NCBI GenBank assembly: GCA_001789395.1
Contig: MFZK01000017.1
Location: 1-52,682 of the forward strand
Reading direction: 5' to 3'
Length of the DNA stretch: 52,682 nt
From: Candidatus Roizmanbacteria bacterium RIFCSPHIGHO2_02_FULL_37_13b
GTDB lineage: Bacteria > Patescibacteriota > Microgenomatia > UBA1406 > HO2-37-13b
Position numbers and translations under genes: made by a program. The notes under the pieces were generated by a model, which was not told the origin of the DNA, searched no databases, and saw nothing but the letters and a program-made list of their open reading frames with translations. Positions 24,244-34,745 of this stretch are shown here, in pieces; position 1 is the first letter of the stretch; each line of letters begins with the position of its first letter.

Positions 24244-24971
24244 TTTAAATAAGAAAATTTCTTAATTTCGTAAATGACATCTTTGCGTTCAATGACTATC
24301 TTCCAGTGCTTTTTCTTTGCATAATCTGCTAACTGTTGATTAGGATTAAAAGCTATCGGATTTCCTACTTGTTCAAGGAGTGGTATATCAATATCAGTAT
24401 CACCGACGGCGACTGAGTTTGCCCAATCAGGTTTAAGCTCATATTTTTCAATAATATGGTTTAAGACAAGTTCCTTATGAGACACTGGATTCATATTAAG
24501 TATCCTACCCGTAAATTCGCCATTAATTACTTCATAATGCAGACCGTATGCTACGTGAAATCCCATATTGATCGCAAATTTCTTGACTATATATGACGGT
24601 GATCCGGAGATAGCAATAAGATAATATTTTTTTCGACGTAATTTCTTAATCAAATCCCTTGGATAACGATAAACACGATCTTGTTGCCATTTAATAACTT
24701 GCTCAACAATAATATCAACCCTATCTTTGTTAAGTCCCGGCAAATATGCAAGAAGAATTTCGATTAATTTCTTGGAAAATGTATCATAATCCCCTTTTCG
24801 ATTGATCCAAGCGAGATAATCATTTTCCATGTCCTTCTTTGCTGTCTTGGGAAATAATCCAGCACGAAAAAAGCTATTGACTAACTCTACGGTTAAACTG
24901 GATCGAAATATAGTTCCATCGATGTCAAATAGAGCTATATTATGTTTATTTGGCCCATTCATTAACTCCAT
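24240..24971 (-). CDS. HAD-IB family (SerB-like) phosphatase
   Basis: FDIDGT, ISGS, GDTDIDIPLL, AFNP; start may be the second Met at 24962. Confidence 0.85.
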   Translation of the reverse strand: MELMNGPNKHNIALFDIDGTIFRSSLTVELVNSFFRAGLFPKTAKKDMENDYLAWINRKGDYDTFSKKLIEILLAYLPGLNKDRVDIIVEQVIKWQQDRVYRYPRDLIKKLRRKKYYLIAISGSPSYIVKKFAINMGFHVAYGLHYEVINGEFTGRILNMNPVSHKELVLNHIIEKYELKPDWANSVAVGDTDIDIPLLEQVGNPIAFNPNQQLADYAKKKHWKIVIERKDVIYEIKKFSYLK

Positions 24972-25001
24972 TTTACTAAATTAATTGAACTACTGCCACC
25001 T

Positions 25002-26096
25002 TTATGAATACTTACTTATGCTTATCAAAATACCCATTAAAGCAAAAAAAACCATCAGACTCGATCCTCCATAGGAAATAAAAGGTAATGGAATCCCCGT
25101 CAAAGGGATTAAATTGACCATGCCACCCAAATTAATTACCACTTGAAGTCCCAAGACTGAAAAGATTGCGCCGGCCAAAAGCTGTCCAAACTTATCATTT
25201 GATTCTCTAGCGACCTTATAGGCTTGTAAAATCAAAGCTATATACAACACGATGATAACAATAGCTCCCAAGAATCCGAATTCTTCGCCTAAAATTGCAA
25301 AAATTGAATCTGTATGAGCCTCTGGCAAAAATTGGTATTTCTGCCTTGATGCAGAAAAGCCTCGTCCGATAATTCCACCATTAGCCAGTGAAATGAGAAT
25401 TTGCTTGATGTGATAGCCTATCCCCAATGGATCTGAGTCTGGATTTAAAAAAGCCGTAAATCTCGCTGCCCGATAAGTAGATGATTTAACCAATAACAAA
25501 AATCCGGCTAACGCCGTTGGAATCAAAAATAATAAATACCCAACTTTATAACCTGACAAAAAGTAGACTGTAATAAACAAACCAAAGATGACAATTGCCG
25601 TACCCATATCAGGCTGCATCATAATTAGAACAATTGTAAATATCAAAAGTCCAAAAAAAGATATGAATCTGTTTTTCTCTTTATGTGAGAACCATGATGA
25701 TAAATATAGGATTAAAGAAAACTTAATAATCTCACTTGGTTGTATATTGATAAATCCAATTTCAATCCAACGTCGAGCCCCACCTATTTTTTGACCGATG
25801 CCAGGTATCAGAACCAATATTAATAGAATCATTCCGATTATCAATGATGGATAAGATAATCGATGAAATAAACGATAATTAATTCTTGAAAAAATAATCA
25901 TCAAGACTATTCCTAAACCAAACCAGATTAATTGACGCTTTAAGTAAAAATAGCTGTCTCCAAGTTGACGAAATGCTACGACAGATGATGCTTCAAAGAT
26001 AAATAATAAACCAATTATCGTTAATAATATCGGAATAAAAAAAAGTAGATTAAATTGAGTTTGGTCTTTTTTTAGATGTCGAAGTTTTTTATTCAT
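25002..26096 (-). CDS. ftsW: SEDS protein FtsW
   Basis: GARRWI, QPSE, QPDMG, LPEAHTD, LTGIPLPFISYGGSS; in the dcw cluster. Confidence 0.92.
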   Translation of the reverse strand: MNKKLRHLKKDQTQFNLLFFIPILLTIIGLLFIFEASSVVAFRQLGDSYFYLKRQLIWFGLGIVLMIIFSRINYRLFHRLSYPSLIIGMILLILVLIPGIGQKIGGARRWIEIGFINIQPSEIIKFSLILYLSSWFSHKEKNRFISFFGLLIFTIVLIMMQPDMGTAIVIFGLFITVYFLSGYKVGYLLFLIPTALAGFLLLVKSSTYRAARFTAFLNPDSDPLGIGYHIKQILISLANGGIIGRGFSASRQKYQFLPEAHTDSIFAILGEEFGFLGAIVIIVLYIALILQAYKVARESNDKFGQLLAGAIFSVLGLQVVINLGGMVNLIPLTGIPLPFISYGGSSLMVFFALMGILISISKYS

Positions 26097-26104
26097 TGAT
26101 GATT

Positions 26105-27337
26105 TTAAGGGGCATATTTTAAGACATAATATTTAAATTGATCACCTTTCTGATTGAAATTTTTCCAGATACTGTATGATGGAGAAGCCATCGATAGCAA
26201 ACACGTAGTATTTGGTTTTGTAATTTTGTAAGCCCATGACACTCCCTGTTTCAAATCATTGGCCGTTAAATAATTAAATTTCCTCTTAGATAATTTACTA
26301 AGCAACTGCTTTATTTTCTCACCAGTGTCTTTATAAAGAACAATGTTTTCTATGCTGCTTTGATCGATAATATGACAAAGATCATCAAATCGGTAACCCC
26401 GATCTTGCCCACCTAAAAAAATTGTATTGACATTACAAATGGTCTTTATTGCATAAATTGTTGATTGTGGTGTCGTCGCTGCGGCGTCATCAATGAAAGT
26501 GATATTTGAGAAACGACCCAGATTCTGCATTCTATGAGGTAATCCTTCAAAATCCATTATGACCCGTGATACTTTATCATTTTTCACGCCAAATAATCTC
26601 GTGGCAGTTAACGAAGCTCGAATATTATCAATATTATGATCACCTTTAATTTTTAAATCATCACTTGAAACTGGAATTTTTTTACTAAACGGAATTTTTT
26701 GTGATTTAATCTGAGGTAGGTATTTATCAATCGAAGTTATTTTTGGATTATAAATAAAAAAATCATCTTCAGTTTGATATCGAGTTATGTTCATCTTTGC
26801 GTTTACATAATCTTCAAACGATGAATGATAATTCATGTGATCGGGAAAAAGACTAGTCAAGACACCAATGTGTGGTGAAAAATTAATATCATCAAGTTGA
26901 TAGCTTGATAATTCATAAACACATATTTGTTCTTTCTTTTTTGATGTCATAAGATATGCTAGCGCAGGTAAACCGATATTACCTGCCGGAAATGCATCAA
27001 AACCGGACGCTTTCAAAATTCTATAGATCAAAGTCACGGTCGTACTTTTGCCCTTTGTACCAGTAACGCCTATTATTTTCCCTTTAAAATTGGCAAAAAA
27101 TATGTTTGTCGCTGTCGTATATTTTGTTTTTACGAGATTTTTTTGAATCCCCGGGGTTTTAATCACTAAATCAAATTCGTACTGTTTTTTTAAATAATCA
27201 AGGTCATCTTTCTCATCAGCATAAGCGACTTTAGCTTCCGGATGAATTTTTTTTAAATAATCATAACTTGCCTTTCCTTCAACGCCATAACCTAGAATCA
27301 AAATTTGTTTAAATTTAACCAATTCGTCATTTCTCAT
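26105..27337 (-). CDS. murD: MurD-family ligase (probably L-Glu-adding MurD2)
   Basis: GYGVEG, TPGI, GVTGTKGKSTT, GNIG, ELSSYQL, DHMNYH, GLPHR; directly follows murL. Confidence 0.88.
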   Translation of the reverse strand: MRNDELVKFKQILILGYGVEGKASYDYLKKIHPEAKVAYADEKDDLDYLKKQYEFDLVIKTPGIQKNLVKTKYTTATNIFFANFKGKIIGVTGTKGKSTTVTLIYRILKASGFDAFPAGNIGLPALAYLMTSKKKEQICVYELSSYQLDDINFSPHIGVLTSLFPDHMNYHSSFEDYVNAKMNITRYQTEDDFFIYNPKITSIDKYLPQIKSQKIPFSKKIPVSSDDLKIKGDHNIDNIRASLTATRLFGVKNDKVSRVIMDFEGLPHRMQNLGRFSNITFIDDAAATTPQSTIYAIKTICNVNTIFLGGQDRGYRFDDLCHIIDQSSIENIVLYKDTGEKIKQLLSKLSKRKFNYLTANDLKQGVSWAYKITKPNTTCLLSMASPSYSIWKNFNQKGDQFKYYVLKYAP

Positions 27338-27339
27338 AA

Positions 27340-28632
27340 TCAATCTGACAAGACTTGTCTTCGCATCTCTTTAATATTTTTAATTTTTGGGTAAACTTCA
27401 CGTTCAAACATCTGCATAACGATATCATTTTTATATTCACTCCTTCTTGATGCTGCATAAAAAGCCACCATTGTCTCTTCAGGTGTACCGACACACTCAA
27501 AGGGTTTAATTTTCTCAAGACCTAACAGTTCACGATAAATATGGATCAGATCAGTTTTGGCAAATAAATTTTCCTTAAATATTTTGATTAACTCATTTTT
27601 TGAAATAAAAGATGACATAAGTGTAAAAATAAAGCAACACTTGGCACATGATCCACACCATTTTTTCTTCCCAACATTTTTTTTAATTTGAAAATTGACG
27701 TTGCAGCTGGAAAAAAGCGGAAAATATTGTGGCCATTTCACAAATTGATGTATCACTTCGATTTCATAAAATGGCCTAAGTAATGAATAATAATTAATAT
27801 CACCCGTTACAAATTTATTTATATAGTCGTGAAATAAACGTTCAAATTCTTCTGACTTGCTCCACTGATGATTAATTTCAGATCCAAGATACTCAACATT
27901 GCCGAAGCTTGCGCTTTTTTCATTTGACATGACTATTTCGTTAAATCCATACATGTATGCCACGATGATCGCCACAAATGAATAAATTGCCGTAATGGGA
28001 ATGTGGCCGTTGTATACACCTTTATGTTCGTTTAATACAAAGAGTTTTGGATCTAATTCTCTCATAACTATAATATTATTAACATTCAGGAGTTTGATTA
28101 AATCTTGCTGCAAGCGCGTCGTATTAAGAGTAAATGTCTCAAAGGGAATATTTTTTTCTTTCAGTATTTGGGCTGTGACAATAGAGTCTTTACCACCGCC
28201 AAATGGCACCAAGGCTTTCTGTGAAACTATTAGTTTTACAGATTCAACACCCGACGTTGAATTATGATACGGAAAATTCACCAACCCATGAAAGTCAATC
28301 TTATTTTTATAGAAAAACTCTCCTAATCCTTTTGTATAGACCGTATTCCAAAACTTGGCTTGGTCGCTGGTCAATGAATAGCCATTTATCTTTATCTCCT
28401 TTGGGCAGTATAGTTTATAGTAGCTTATACCTAACATGAGAAGTAAATTTTGAAGAATGTTATCTAATGAATTTTCAATCACCAATCTATTCTGACTTGC
28501 TATACGAAGTTTTTCGACAAACTCTTCACTCTTGCCATCGTCAAATAATATTTTGTAATAAAACTCGAATTTACCCTCATTGAGATAAGCCTTATAACCT
28601 ACAAATTCAAAAACCGTAGCTTTGGTTCTCAT
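27340..28632 (-). CDS. murL: UDP-MurNAc-L-Ala-L-Glu epimerase MurL
   Basis: GISYYK, GLGEF, GGGKDS, NGHIP, SNEKSA, NHQWSKS, SSCN, WCGSCAKC, KPFECVG. Confidence 0.8.
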   Translation of the reverse strand: MRTKATVFEFVGYKAYLNEGKFEFYYKILFDDGKSEEFVEKLRIASQNRLVIENSLDNILQNLLLMLGISYYKLYCPKEIKINGYSLTSDQAKFWNTVYTKGLGEFFYKNKIDFHGLVNFPYHNSTSGVESVKLIVSQKALVPFGGGKDSIVTAQILKEKNIPFETFTLNTTRLQQDLIKLLNVNNIIVMRELDPKLFVLNEHKGVYNGHIPITAIYSFVAIIVAYMYGFNEIVMSNEKSASFGNVEYLGSEINHQWSKSEEFERLFHDYINKFVTGDINYYSLLRPFYEIEVIHQFVKWPQYFPLFSSCNVNFQIKKNVGKKKWCGSCAKCCFIFTLMSSFISKNELIKIFKENLFAKTDLIHIYRELLGLEKIKPFECVGTPEETMVAFYAASRRSEYKNDIVMQMFEREVYPKIKNIKEMRRQVLSD

Positions 28633-28669
28633 AGTGAGAATTATATGTTAACTGACTTAGAAATACCAA

Positions 28670-29707
28670 TTACTGCATGAAGGCAATCATAAGACCGATT
28701 ATGGCAAACATTACTGAGATCACCCAAGCTCTCATAACGATCTTAGGCTCCTCCCAACCGCGAAGCTGTAACCATAAATGTAATGGTGCTACGGGAAAGA
28801 ATTTCTTTTTCCTGAATTTTTTACTTAAAAGTTGAATCAAAGATGTGACAATTTCTAGCATAAAGATACCTCCGATTATTGGCAGAGCAAAGCTCTTTCC
28901 AAGCATCAATCCTATTACTGCAAAAGTAGCTCCAAAAGATAGTGAACCGGTATCACCAATAAAAATTCTCGCGGGATAAACGTTAAAATAAAGTAGCGCA
29001 ACCATTCCCCCAATCCAAACAACCAAAAAAAGTGATAGCGGTGTATCAAGTATTGATACACTTATTGCCCAAAGACCTGTTAAGGCAACTGCCAAACTTC
29101 CACTTGCAAGACCATCAAGACCATCGGTTATATTAACTGCATTGGCAAATGCAACAATGACAAATGCAGCAAATAATATATAAAACCATCCCAAATGCAT
29201 GATCCCAAAAAAGGGAATATTTATAAAATCTACTTTTAAATCCTTAAATATCCAAAATGAAACAACAAGTGCCAAAGCAATTTCTATAAATAACTTATGC
29301 CTTAAACGAAGTCCAAAAAATGAACCTTTTTGTAAAAAAAGAATTTTTGAAATATCATCATATAAACCTAAAAAAGAAAAAAATACGAAAGTAAATAGGA
29401 TAATTTTAATTTCATTAATGACTTGACCAAAATTGCTGATTACAGGGACTTTTAGAGCCGTAAATATAAATGAAAATAAAAGAAATAAAATTAAAGTTGT
29501 CACAACAAGCATTAATCCCCCACCGACAGGTGTACCAACCTTTGCTTTATGAAAACTATCAAAAATTGGCGTTCTTTTGTCAAAAGCATCTTTCGTCTCT
29601 TGCTTACCTCGTTGAAATTTAAGTTTGTATAGAAGATTGATAAAAGGAATTATAAATATGAGATTGATAATAAAAGATGTACAAAGTACAAAAAGATATA
29701 TCGACAT
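28670..29707 (-). CDS. mraY: Phospho-MurNAc-pentapeptide transferase
   Basis: KVGTPVGGG, YDD, NAVNITDGLDGLA, PARIFIGDTGS, APLH. Confidence 0.95.
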   Translation of the reverse strand: MSIYLFVLCTSFIINLIFIIPFINLLYKLKFQRGKQETKDAFDKRTPIFDSFHKAKVGTPVGGGLMLVVTTLILFLLFSFIFTALKVPVISNFGQVINEIKIILFTFVFFSFLGLYDDISKILFLQKGSFFGLRLRHKLFIEIALALVVSFWIFKDLKVDFINIPFFGIMHLGWFYILFAAFVIVAFANAVNITDGLDGLASGSLAVALTGLWAISVSILDTPLSLFLVVWIGGMVALLYFNVYPARIFIGDTGSLSFGATFAVIGLMLGKSFALPIIGGIFMLEIVTSLIQLLSKKFRKKKFFPVAPLHLWLQLRGWEEPKIVMRAWVISVMFAIIGLMIAFMQ

Positions 29708-29716
29708 ATTATTTGT

Positions 29717-30073
29717 TTAAAATTTTGGAAAAAATATACATGAAGCGATCACAATCGCACCGATGGCATATGTGAGCATCGCTCCGGCGGCAACATCCTT
29801 AGCTATTGCAATATCTTGGCGAAGATTCCGATCAATTGCGTCTGTCGTTGCTTCAATGGCAGTATTTATCATCTCAATAACTAACCCAATAAATATAAGC
29901 ATTAATATTATCAACCACTCAAAAGTCTCAAGTTGTAAATAAAAACTTAAAAAAATTGCAACAAGACTAAGAAGTAAATGGATTCTAAAATTGGGTTGAG
30001 TTTTAAAAGACCAAATTACACCATCAAACGCATGTTTAAATGATATTGTGTGCTTTTTAATAAGATGTCTCAT
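29717..30073 (-). CDS. dgkA: DgkA-family (undecaprenol/diacylglycerol) kinase
   Basis: SFKHAFDG, EMINTAIE, AKDVAAGA. Confidence 0.9.
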   Translation of the reverse strand: MRHLIKKHTISFKHAFDGVIWSFKTQPNFRIHLLLSLVAIFLSFYLQLETFEWLIILMLIFIGLVIEMINTAIEATTDAIDRNLRQDIAIAKDVAAGAMLTYAIGAIVIASCIFFPKF

Positions 30074-31041
30074 GTACGTTTATTTATTATGCTCCATAAA
30101 GCCCTTCCTAATTTCCCCGAATCATGTCTTACCAAACTTCTTAATGTGTTATCCGCTATATTTTGATGATATATCTTTTTTGCCAATAAATTTTCTCTCT
30201 TTATAAATTGATCTTGTGGTAAATCATCAACAATCTGTTTTTCATCATATTTATTGTAATACTCTCTAACCCGATTACCCATGACAGTTTTATTTACAAT
30301 CACAAGATCTATCTTTCGACCAATATAATATTCAAGATCACTGATATGATCTGATGCGAAATAATCAGTCGTTTGTCCTCGTTTTGTCATAAGATTTAGA
30401 ATATATATTATTTTCCCTTTGCCTTTTGTTATACTTTCTGAAATTCCCTTCACGAGAATATTTGGAATTAAACTGGTATATAAATCTCCTGGGCCTATAA
30501 CAATATAATCTGCCAGAAGTATTGCATTTTTTGCAGCGGGATTGACAGTTGCTTTTGGTTTTAAAAAAGCACTGACAATTCGGCTTTTTTTATGAAATGC
30601 AGTATCAATCAAATCTTCTTTAAAAATAATTTCGCCATCTTCATACTTGACTCCAAGATTTACATTATCAAAAGTCACCGGAATGACTTTACCCTGTATT
30701 TGAAGTATGTACGAAGCAACATTAATCACTTCTTGGTAATTTTTTGCATTCTTTTCTAGTGCTGTTAAAAAAATATTGCCAAAATTATGACCTTTAAAAT
30801 CACCTGTTGAAAACCGATACAAGAAAAGCTTACGCCACAGATCCGACGCTTTTGACAACGCTACCAAACACTGTCTAAGATCTCCCGGAGGTACGACACC
30901 ATATTGATCTCTAAGTCTCCCTGTAGAACCACCGCTATCCATGACGGATACAATGGCTGATATATTAACCGGATATTGTTTTAATCCCGACAGGACCACA
31001 AATGCTCCGGTACCACCACCCATGACCACGACTTTTTTCAT
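30070..31041 (-). CDS. yvcK: YvcK/GlmR (UPF0052) UDP-GlcNAc-binding protein
   Basis: GGGTG, DSGGSTGRLR, PPGDLR, GHNFGN, GPGDLYTSLIPN, RHD. Confidence 0.9.
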   Translation of the reverse strand: MKKVVVMGGGTGAFVVLSGLKQYPVNISAIVSVMDSGGSTGRLRDQYGVVPPGDLRQCLVALSKASDLWRKLFLYRFSTGDFKGHNFGNIFLTALEKNAKNYQEVINVASYILQIQGKVIPVTFDNVNLGVKYEDGEIIFKEDLIDTAFHKKSRIVSAFLKPKATVNPAAKNAILLADYIVIGPGDLYTSLIPNILVKGISESITKGKGKIIYILNLMTKRGQTTDYFASDHISDLEYYIGRKIDLVIVNKTVMGNRVREYYNKYDEKQIVDDLPQDQFIKRENLLAKKIYHQNIADNTLRSLVRHDSGKLGRALWSIINKRT

Positions 31042-31078
31042 ACTGTAATTATAAGCGATGAACGCGATATAACCAAAT

Positions 31079-32179
31079 CTAGCCGATAAAATATCCTTGA
31101 ATAAACAATGACAACATGATGACTTGTAAACAAAAAAATAAGACGGCGATAATTATTTTAATTGATCGATTTTTCAGTTCTCCCAAATAAAAAAAAATCG
31201 ACAGCGACATGACCGCATATCGAGGAATGGATGAAAAAGTACCGGTCAGTGTAGGCAATATCAAATTGACTAAAGAGAATATATTAAGTAGTGTTAGCTC
31301 TATGTTCGTTTTGTACCTTTTTTTAAAATCCAAAATCAATATAAAGAATACGAAGTTAAATATAAAAAACTCAATTAACGCTGTAAAATAGGCATTATCT
31401 TTATTTGCAGTGATAAAAATTTTTAGATAACGATAATAAACTTGAGGTAGAAAAATCAAACTTGTACTACGATGAGCGCCAAAAATGGGTTGTGAATTTA
31501 AAAAGAAAAGTGGATCCTGAACTGTCAGAAAAAGATATATCATATAAATAATAAGTCCAAAAATGGGAAAAATAATAAGCCAAACAATAGATGATTGTTT
31601 TTTCTTGAATGGCAAATAGAATATCAGAGTAAATAAACCTATTAATCTCGTTAAAACGCAAAAAAATGAAAAAATGGCGCTAATCCAATATTTCTTCTTC
31701 AGATGCAGATAAATTACCAATAAAAAAAGCAATAAAAAGAAACTTTCTGTATAAACAGTAGAAAAGTAAAAACTCGAAGGAAAAAGAAATAACAATAAAA
31801 TAAACCATGGAACATTTTGGTATTTGAGAAGATGAAGTAGCTTATACATTACTATACAAGCTAAAAGAAATGATAAATTAGAAATCAAAAGCCCGGAAAT
31901 AAGATAATTTTTGCCTACAAATATAGCAACGACTCTAATAATAATTGGGTAAAGTGGAAAGAAAGCCTGTTGATATTGATAATACCCGCTCTGGGCAATA
32001 CTTATATAATGCAACCCATCGAAATTAGCAAACGCCTTGATAAATATAGGCAAATTATAGACATTGAGCAATTCTTTGTAAGGAAAAAAACCTTTATAGG
32101 GTAATAAAAAACCCGCTATATAGGCAATTGAGAAAATAAAGAACAACCGGATAAAATAAATACTTAATACCTTTTTCAT
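31079..32179 (-). CDS. GT-C membrane mannosyltransferase (PIG-V-like)
   Basis: NFDGLHYISIA..GY, AFFPLYP, YTESFF, TRLIG, SIPRY; multi-TM. Confidence 0.75.
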   Translation of the reverse strand: MKKVLSIYFIRLFFIFSIAYIAGFLLPYKGFFPYKELLNVYNLPIFIKAFANFDGLHYISIAQSGYYQYQQAFFPLYPIIIRVVAIFVGKNYLISGLLISNLSFLLACIVMYKLLHLLKYQNVPWFILLLFLFPSSFYFSTVYTESFFLLLFLLVIYLHLKKKYWISAIFSFFCVLTRLIGLFTLIFYLPFKKKQSSIVWLIIFPIFGLIIYMIYLFLTVQDPLFFLNSQPIFGAHRSTSLIFLPQVYYRYLKIFITANKDNAYFTALIEFFIFNFVFFILILDFKKRYKTNIELTLLNIFSLVNLILPTLTGTFSSIPRYAVMSLSIFFYLGELKNRSIKIIIAVLFFCLQVIMLSLFIQGYFIG

Positions 32180-32187
32180 TAAAAAAA

Positions 32188-33393
32188 TTAGGATATATCT
32201 GTTTTAATTAGGCTTTGAGGACTGACGACCGAGCTTGGTGCGATTTTAACCCCGGGCATAATGCTACTATTGACACCGATTTTAACATTGGAGCCTATTA
32301 CGGCACCAAATTTGCTTCGTCCGGTAGATATGTATTCCCCTCGAACACGTGATGATATCAACTGTTCATCAAAGCGGTAATTAGCTATTACAGCATCCGC
32401 ACCCATTAAAATATTATTCTCCAAGACTGAATCACCGACATAATTACGGTGTAGATAAACGTGATTACCTAAATAGGAACGTGTTACTTCTGAATAACCT
32501 CCGATTAAACTGTCACGGCCGATATTACTTTCTCTGATCATACTGTATGACCCAATAATGGTATTTTTACCGATATAACAAGGACCCACAATGGTGGCAA
32601 ACGGATGAACAACAACACCTTCATCAAAATACACGCGTCCCTGGATTTCAGCGCTACCGGCTATCTTTACACTATTTTTTTTTGTATCTTTAATTTTTGA
32701 TAAGAAAAATTGCATGGCTGCTATGACATCCCATGGATATTTTATCGCTATCCAATCCTCTGAATAATCTTCGTATGTTATTTTTTTACCTAATTTGATA
32801 TATTTTGATATTGATTGTTCATATTGATCGTCTTTTATAGGTTGTGTGCTTTCTAGTATTTGAATAAACTCACTTATGTCTCTATAACCATCAACTACTA
32901 ATTTTATCCTTTCTGACGGCACATGATTTTTTTCCGGCTTTTCAATTATTTCCGTAACATTATCATCTTGACAAATGACATATCCACCAGGAAAGTAATC
33001 TGAAACGATTCTTGTTGTTATTACGCCATCGCAATCGGATAATTCCAATTTCCGGCTTAGTATTGACACAATATTTTGGTTAAAAATATCATTTGCATTG
33101 ATTATCAACGTCTTACCGTGAAGATATTTTTTTGCTGATAATATTGCCTCCCCCTGCCCATTTCCTACCTGTTCTACAAGCTTTACCTGAATATCAGTAC
33201 CATTAACAATTTGTTCAATTACAGATTTATTGCTTTTGTTTGTCACGATGATAATTTGTTGCGCAATTTTTTGAAAAGTAGAGAGCTGATATTCTAATAA
33301 GGTCAATCCAAGATAAGGCGTTAAATTTTTATCAGTTAGAGGCCAAAATCTCGTACTTGATCCTCCGCTTAAGATTAATAATGAATTAAACAT
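32188..33393 (-). CDS. Bifunctional sugar-1-phosphate nucleotidyltransferase/acetyltransferase (archaeal GlmU-like)
   Basis: LSGGSSTRFWPL, IIEKP, YPWD, hexapeptide repeats, YVGDSVL, KFGAVIG. Confidence 0.8.
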   Translation of the reverse strand: MFNSLLILSGGSSTRFWPLTDKNLTPYLGLTLLEYQLSTFQKIAQQIIIVTNKSNKSVIEQIVNGTDIQVKLVEQVGNGQGEAILSAKKYLHGKTLIINANDIFNQNIVSILSRKLELSDCDGVITTRIVSDYFPGGYVICQDDNVTEIIEKPEKNHVPSERIKLVVDGYRDISEFIQILESTQPIKDDQYEQSISKYIKLGKKITYEDYSEDWIAIKYPWDVIAAMQFFLSKIKDTKKNSVKIAGSAEIQGRVYFDEGVVVHPFATIVGPCYIGKNTIIGSYSMIRESNIGRDSLIGGYSEVTRSYLGNHVYLHRNYVGDSVLENNILMGADAVIANYRFDEQLISSRVRGEYISTGRSKFGAVIGSNVKIGVNSSIMPGVKIAPSSVVSPQSLIKTDIS

Positions 33394-33410
33394 TTTCTTG
33401 AATTATTTAA

Positions 33411-34742
33411 TTAAACTTTTTTTATTGTAGCACCAAGAGTTAAAAGTTTTTTGTCAATTTTTTCATAACCTCGATCGATAACAGAAGCACCATTAATGAT
33501 TGTTTCCCCTTGTGTACATGCAGCGGCTATCAGCAAACTTGCTCCGGCTCTGAGATCACTCACCGTTAGAACACCACCATGAAGGGTTGATCCTCCTTCT
33601 ATCCGTATTGCTTGTGGTTCACATTCCTTATTTCGATCGTTTATATTAAACTGATAAATTTTATTTGAATTTCTAACCTTAGGTTCATAAAAATCAATTC
33701 GTGCGCCTAATTTTTTTAATTCCGATACATACCCAAATCTATTTTCAAATACAGTTTCATGAATTGTAGATATTCCTTTTGCCTGCGTCATCAAGACTGC
33801 CCAAGGCCCTTGCCAATCCGTCATAAATCCCGGATGTGGTCGAGTGGTAATATTAGAGCTCAATAATCTTCTTTTATAAAAGAAACGAATACCGCCACGA
33901 ACCTCCTCAACGCCTCCACCCGCTTCTTCAAGTCTTTTTACAAAAGATCTAATGGCTTGTTTTGATATACCTTTAACACAAACATCGCCTTTTGTTGCAA
34001 TGGCAAAAGCAGCAAAAGTTGGCGCTTCATTTCGATCATTAGATATAGTAAAAACGTTTCCCGGAATTAATTTGTCCACACCCACAATATTAAAACAACC
34101 GTTTTTTCCTGTAATTTTAGCGCCTGATTGATTTAAAAAATTGACTAAATCATCAATTTCTGGTTCACAGGCTGCATTGTCTATACGGCTAGAACCGTCA
34201 GCAATTGCTGCAAACATCAATGCCAACTCTGTTCCGGTGTGGGTCGGTTTTGAAAATTTATAATGAGTAGATTGAGGTTTTTTTGATTTTAACGATGTGT
34301 GATAATATCCCGACGACGAATCATATATTACCTTAACACCGAAGGCTTTCATCATTTCTATCTGCCTATCTATTGGACGAGCGCCTAGTCGACAACCTCC
34401 AGGATTTGGAATTGAAGCCTTGCCAAAACGATATAGAAGAGGTGCAAAAAGCATAAAAGAGACTCTTATTTTTGATGCGGACAACATGTCAATTTTTTTT
34501 TCAAGAAAACCTTTAGAATCAATAGTTAAATTATGTCCATCACGTCTTAACTTTATGCCTAATGACGTCGTAAGCTCTATGAGTTCAGCAACATCTCTGA
34601 TGTATGGAATATTTCCGAGAATGACTTCACCATCGAGCAATAATGAAGCAATGATTACTTTTAAAGCAACGTTTTTAGCTCCTGATAATTGCACTTCACC
34701 ACTATATGGCTTTCCTCCAGTGATAATATAAGCATCTTTCAT
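33411..34742 (-). CDS. murA: UDP-GlcNAc enolpyruvyl transferase
   Basis: SGAKN, PGGCRLGARPID, PHPGFMTDWQ, ETVFENRF, DLRAGA, IDRGYE. Confidence 0.95.
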   Translation of the reverse strand: MKDAYIITGGKPYSGEVQLSGAKNVALKVIIASLLLDGEVILGNIPYIRDVAELIELTTSLGIKLRRDGHNLTIDSKGFLEKKIDMLSASKIRVSFMLFAPLLYRFGKASIPNPGGCRLGARPIDRQIEMMKAFGVKVIYDSSSGYYHTSLKSKKPQSTHYKFSKPTHTGTELALMFAAIADGSSRIDNAACEPEIDDLVNFLNQSGAKITGKNGCFNIVGVDKLIPGNVFTISNDRNEAPTFAAFAIATKGDVCVKGISKQAIRSFVKRLEEAGGGVEEVRGGIRFFYKRRLLSSNITTRPHPGFMTDWQGPWAVLMTQAKGISTIHETVFENRFGYVSELKKLGARIDFYEPKVRNSNKIYQFNINDRNKECEPQAIRIEGGSTLHGGVLTVSDLRAGASLLIAAACTQGETIINGASVIDRGYEKIDKKLLTLGATIKKV

Positions 34743-34745
34743 AAT

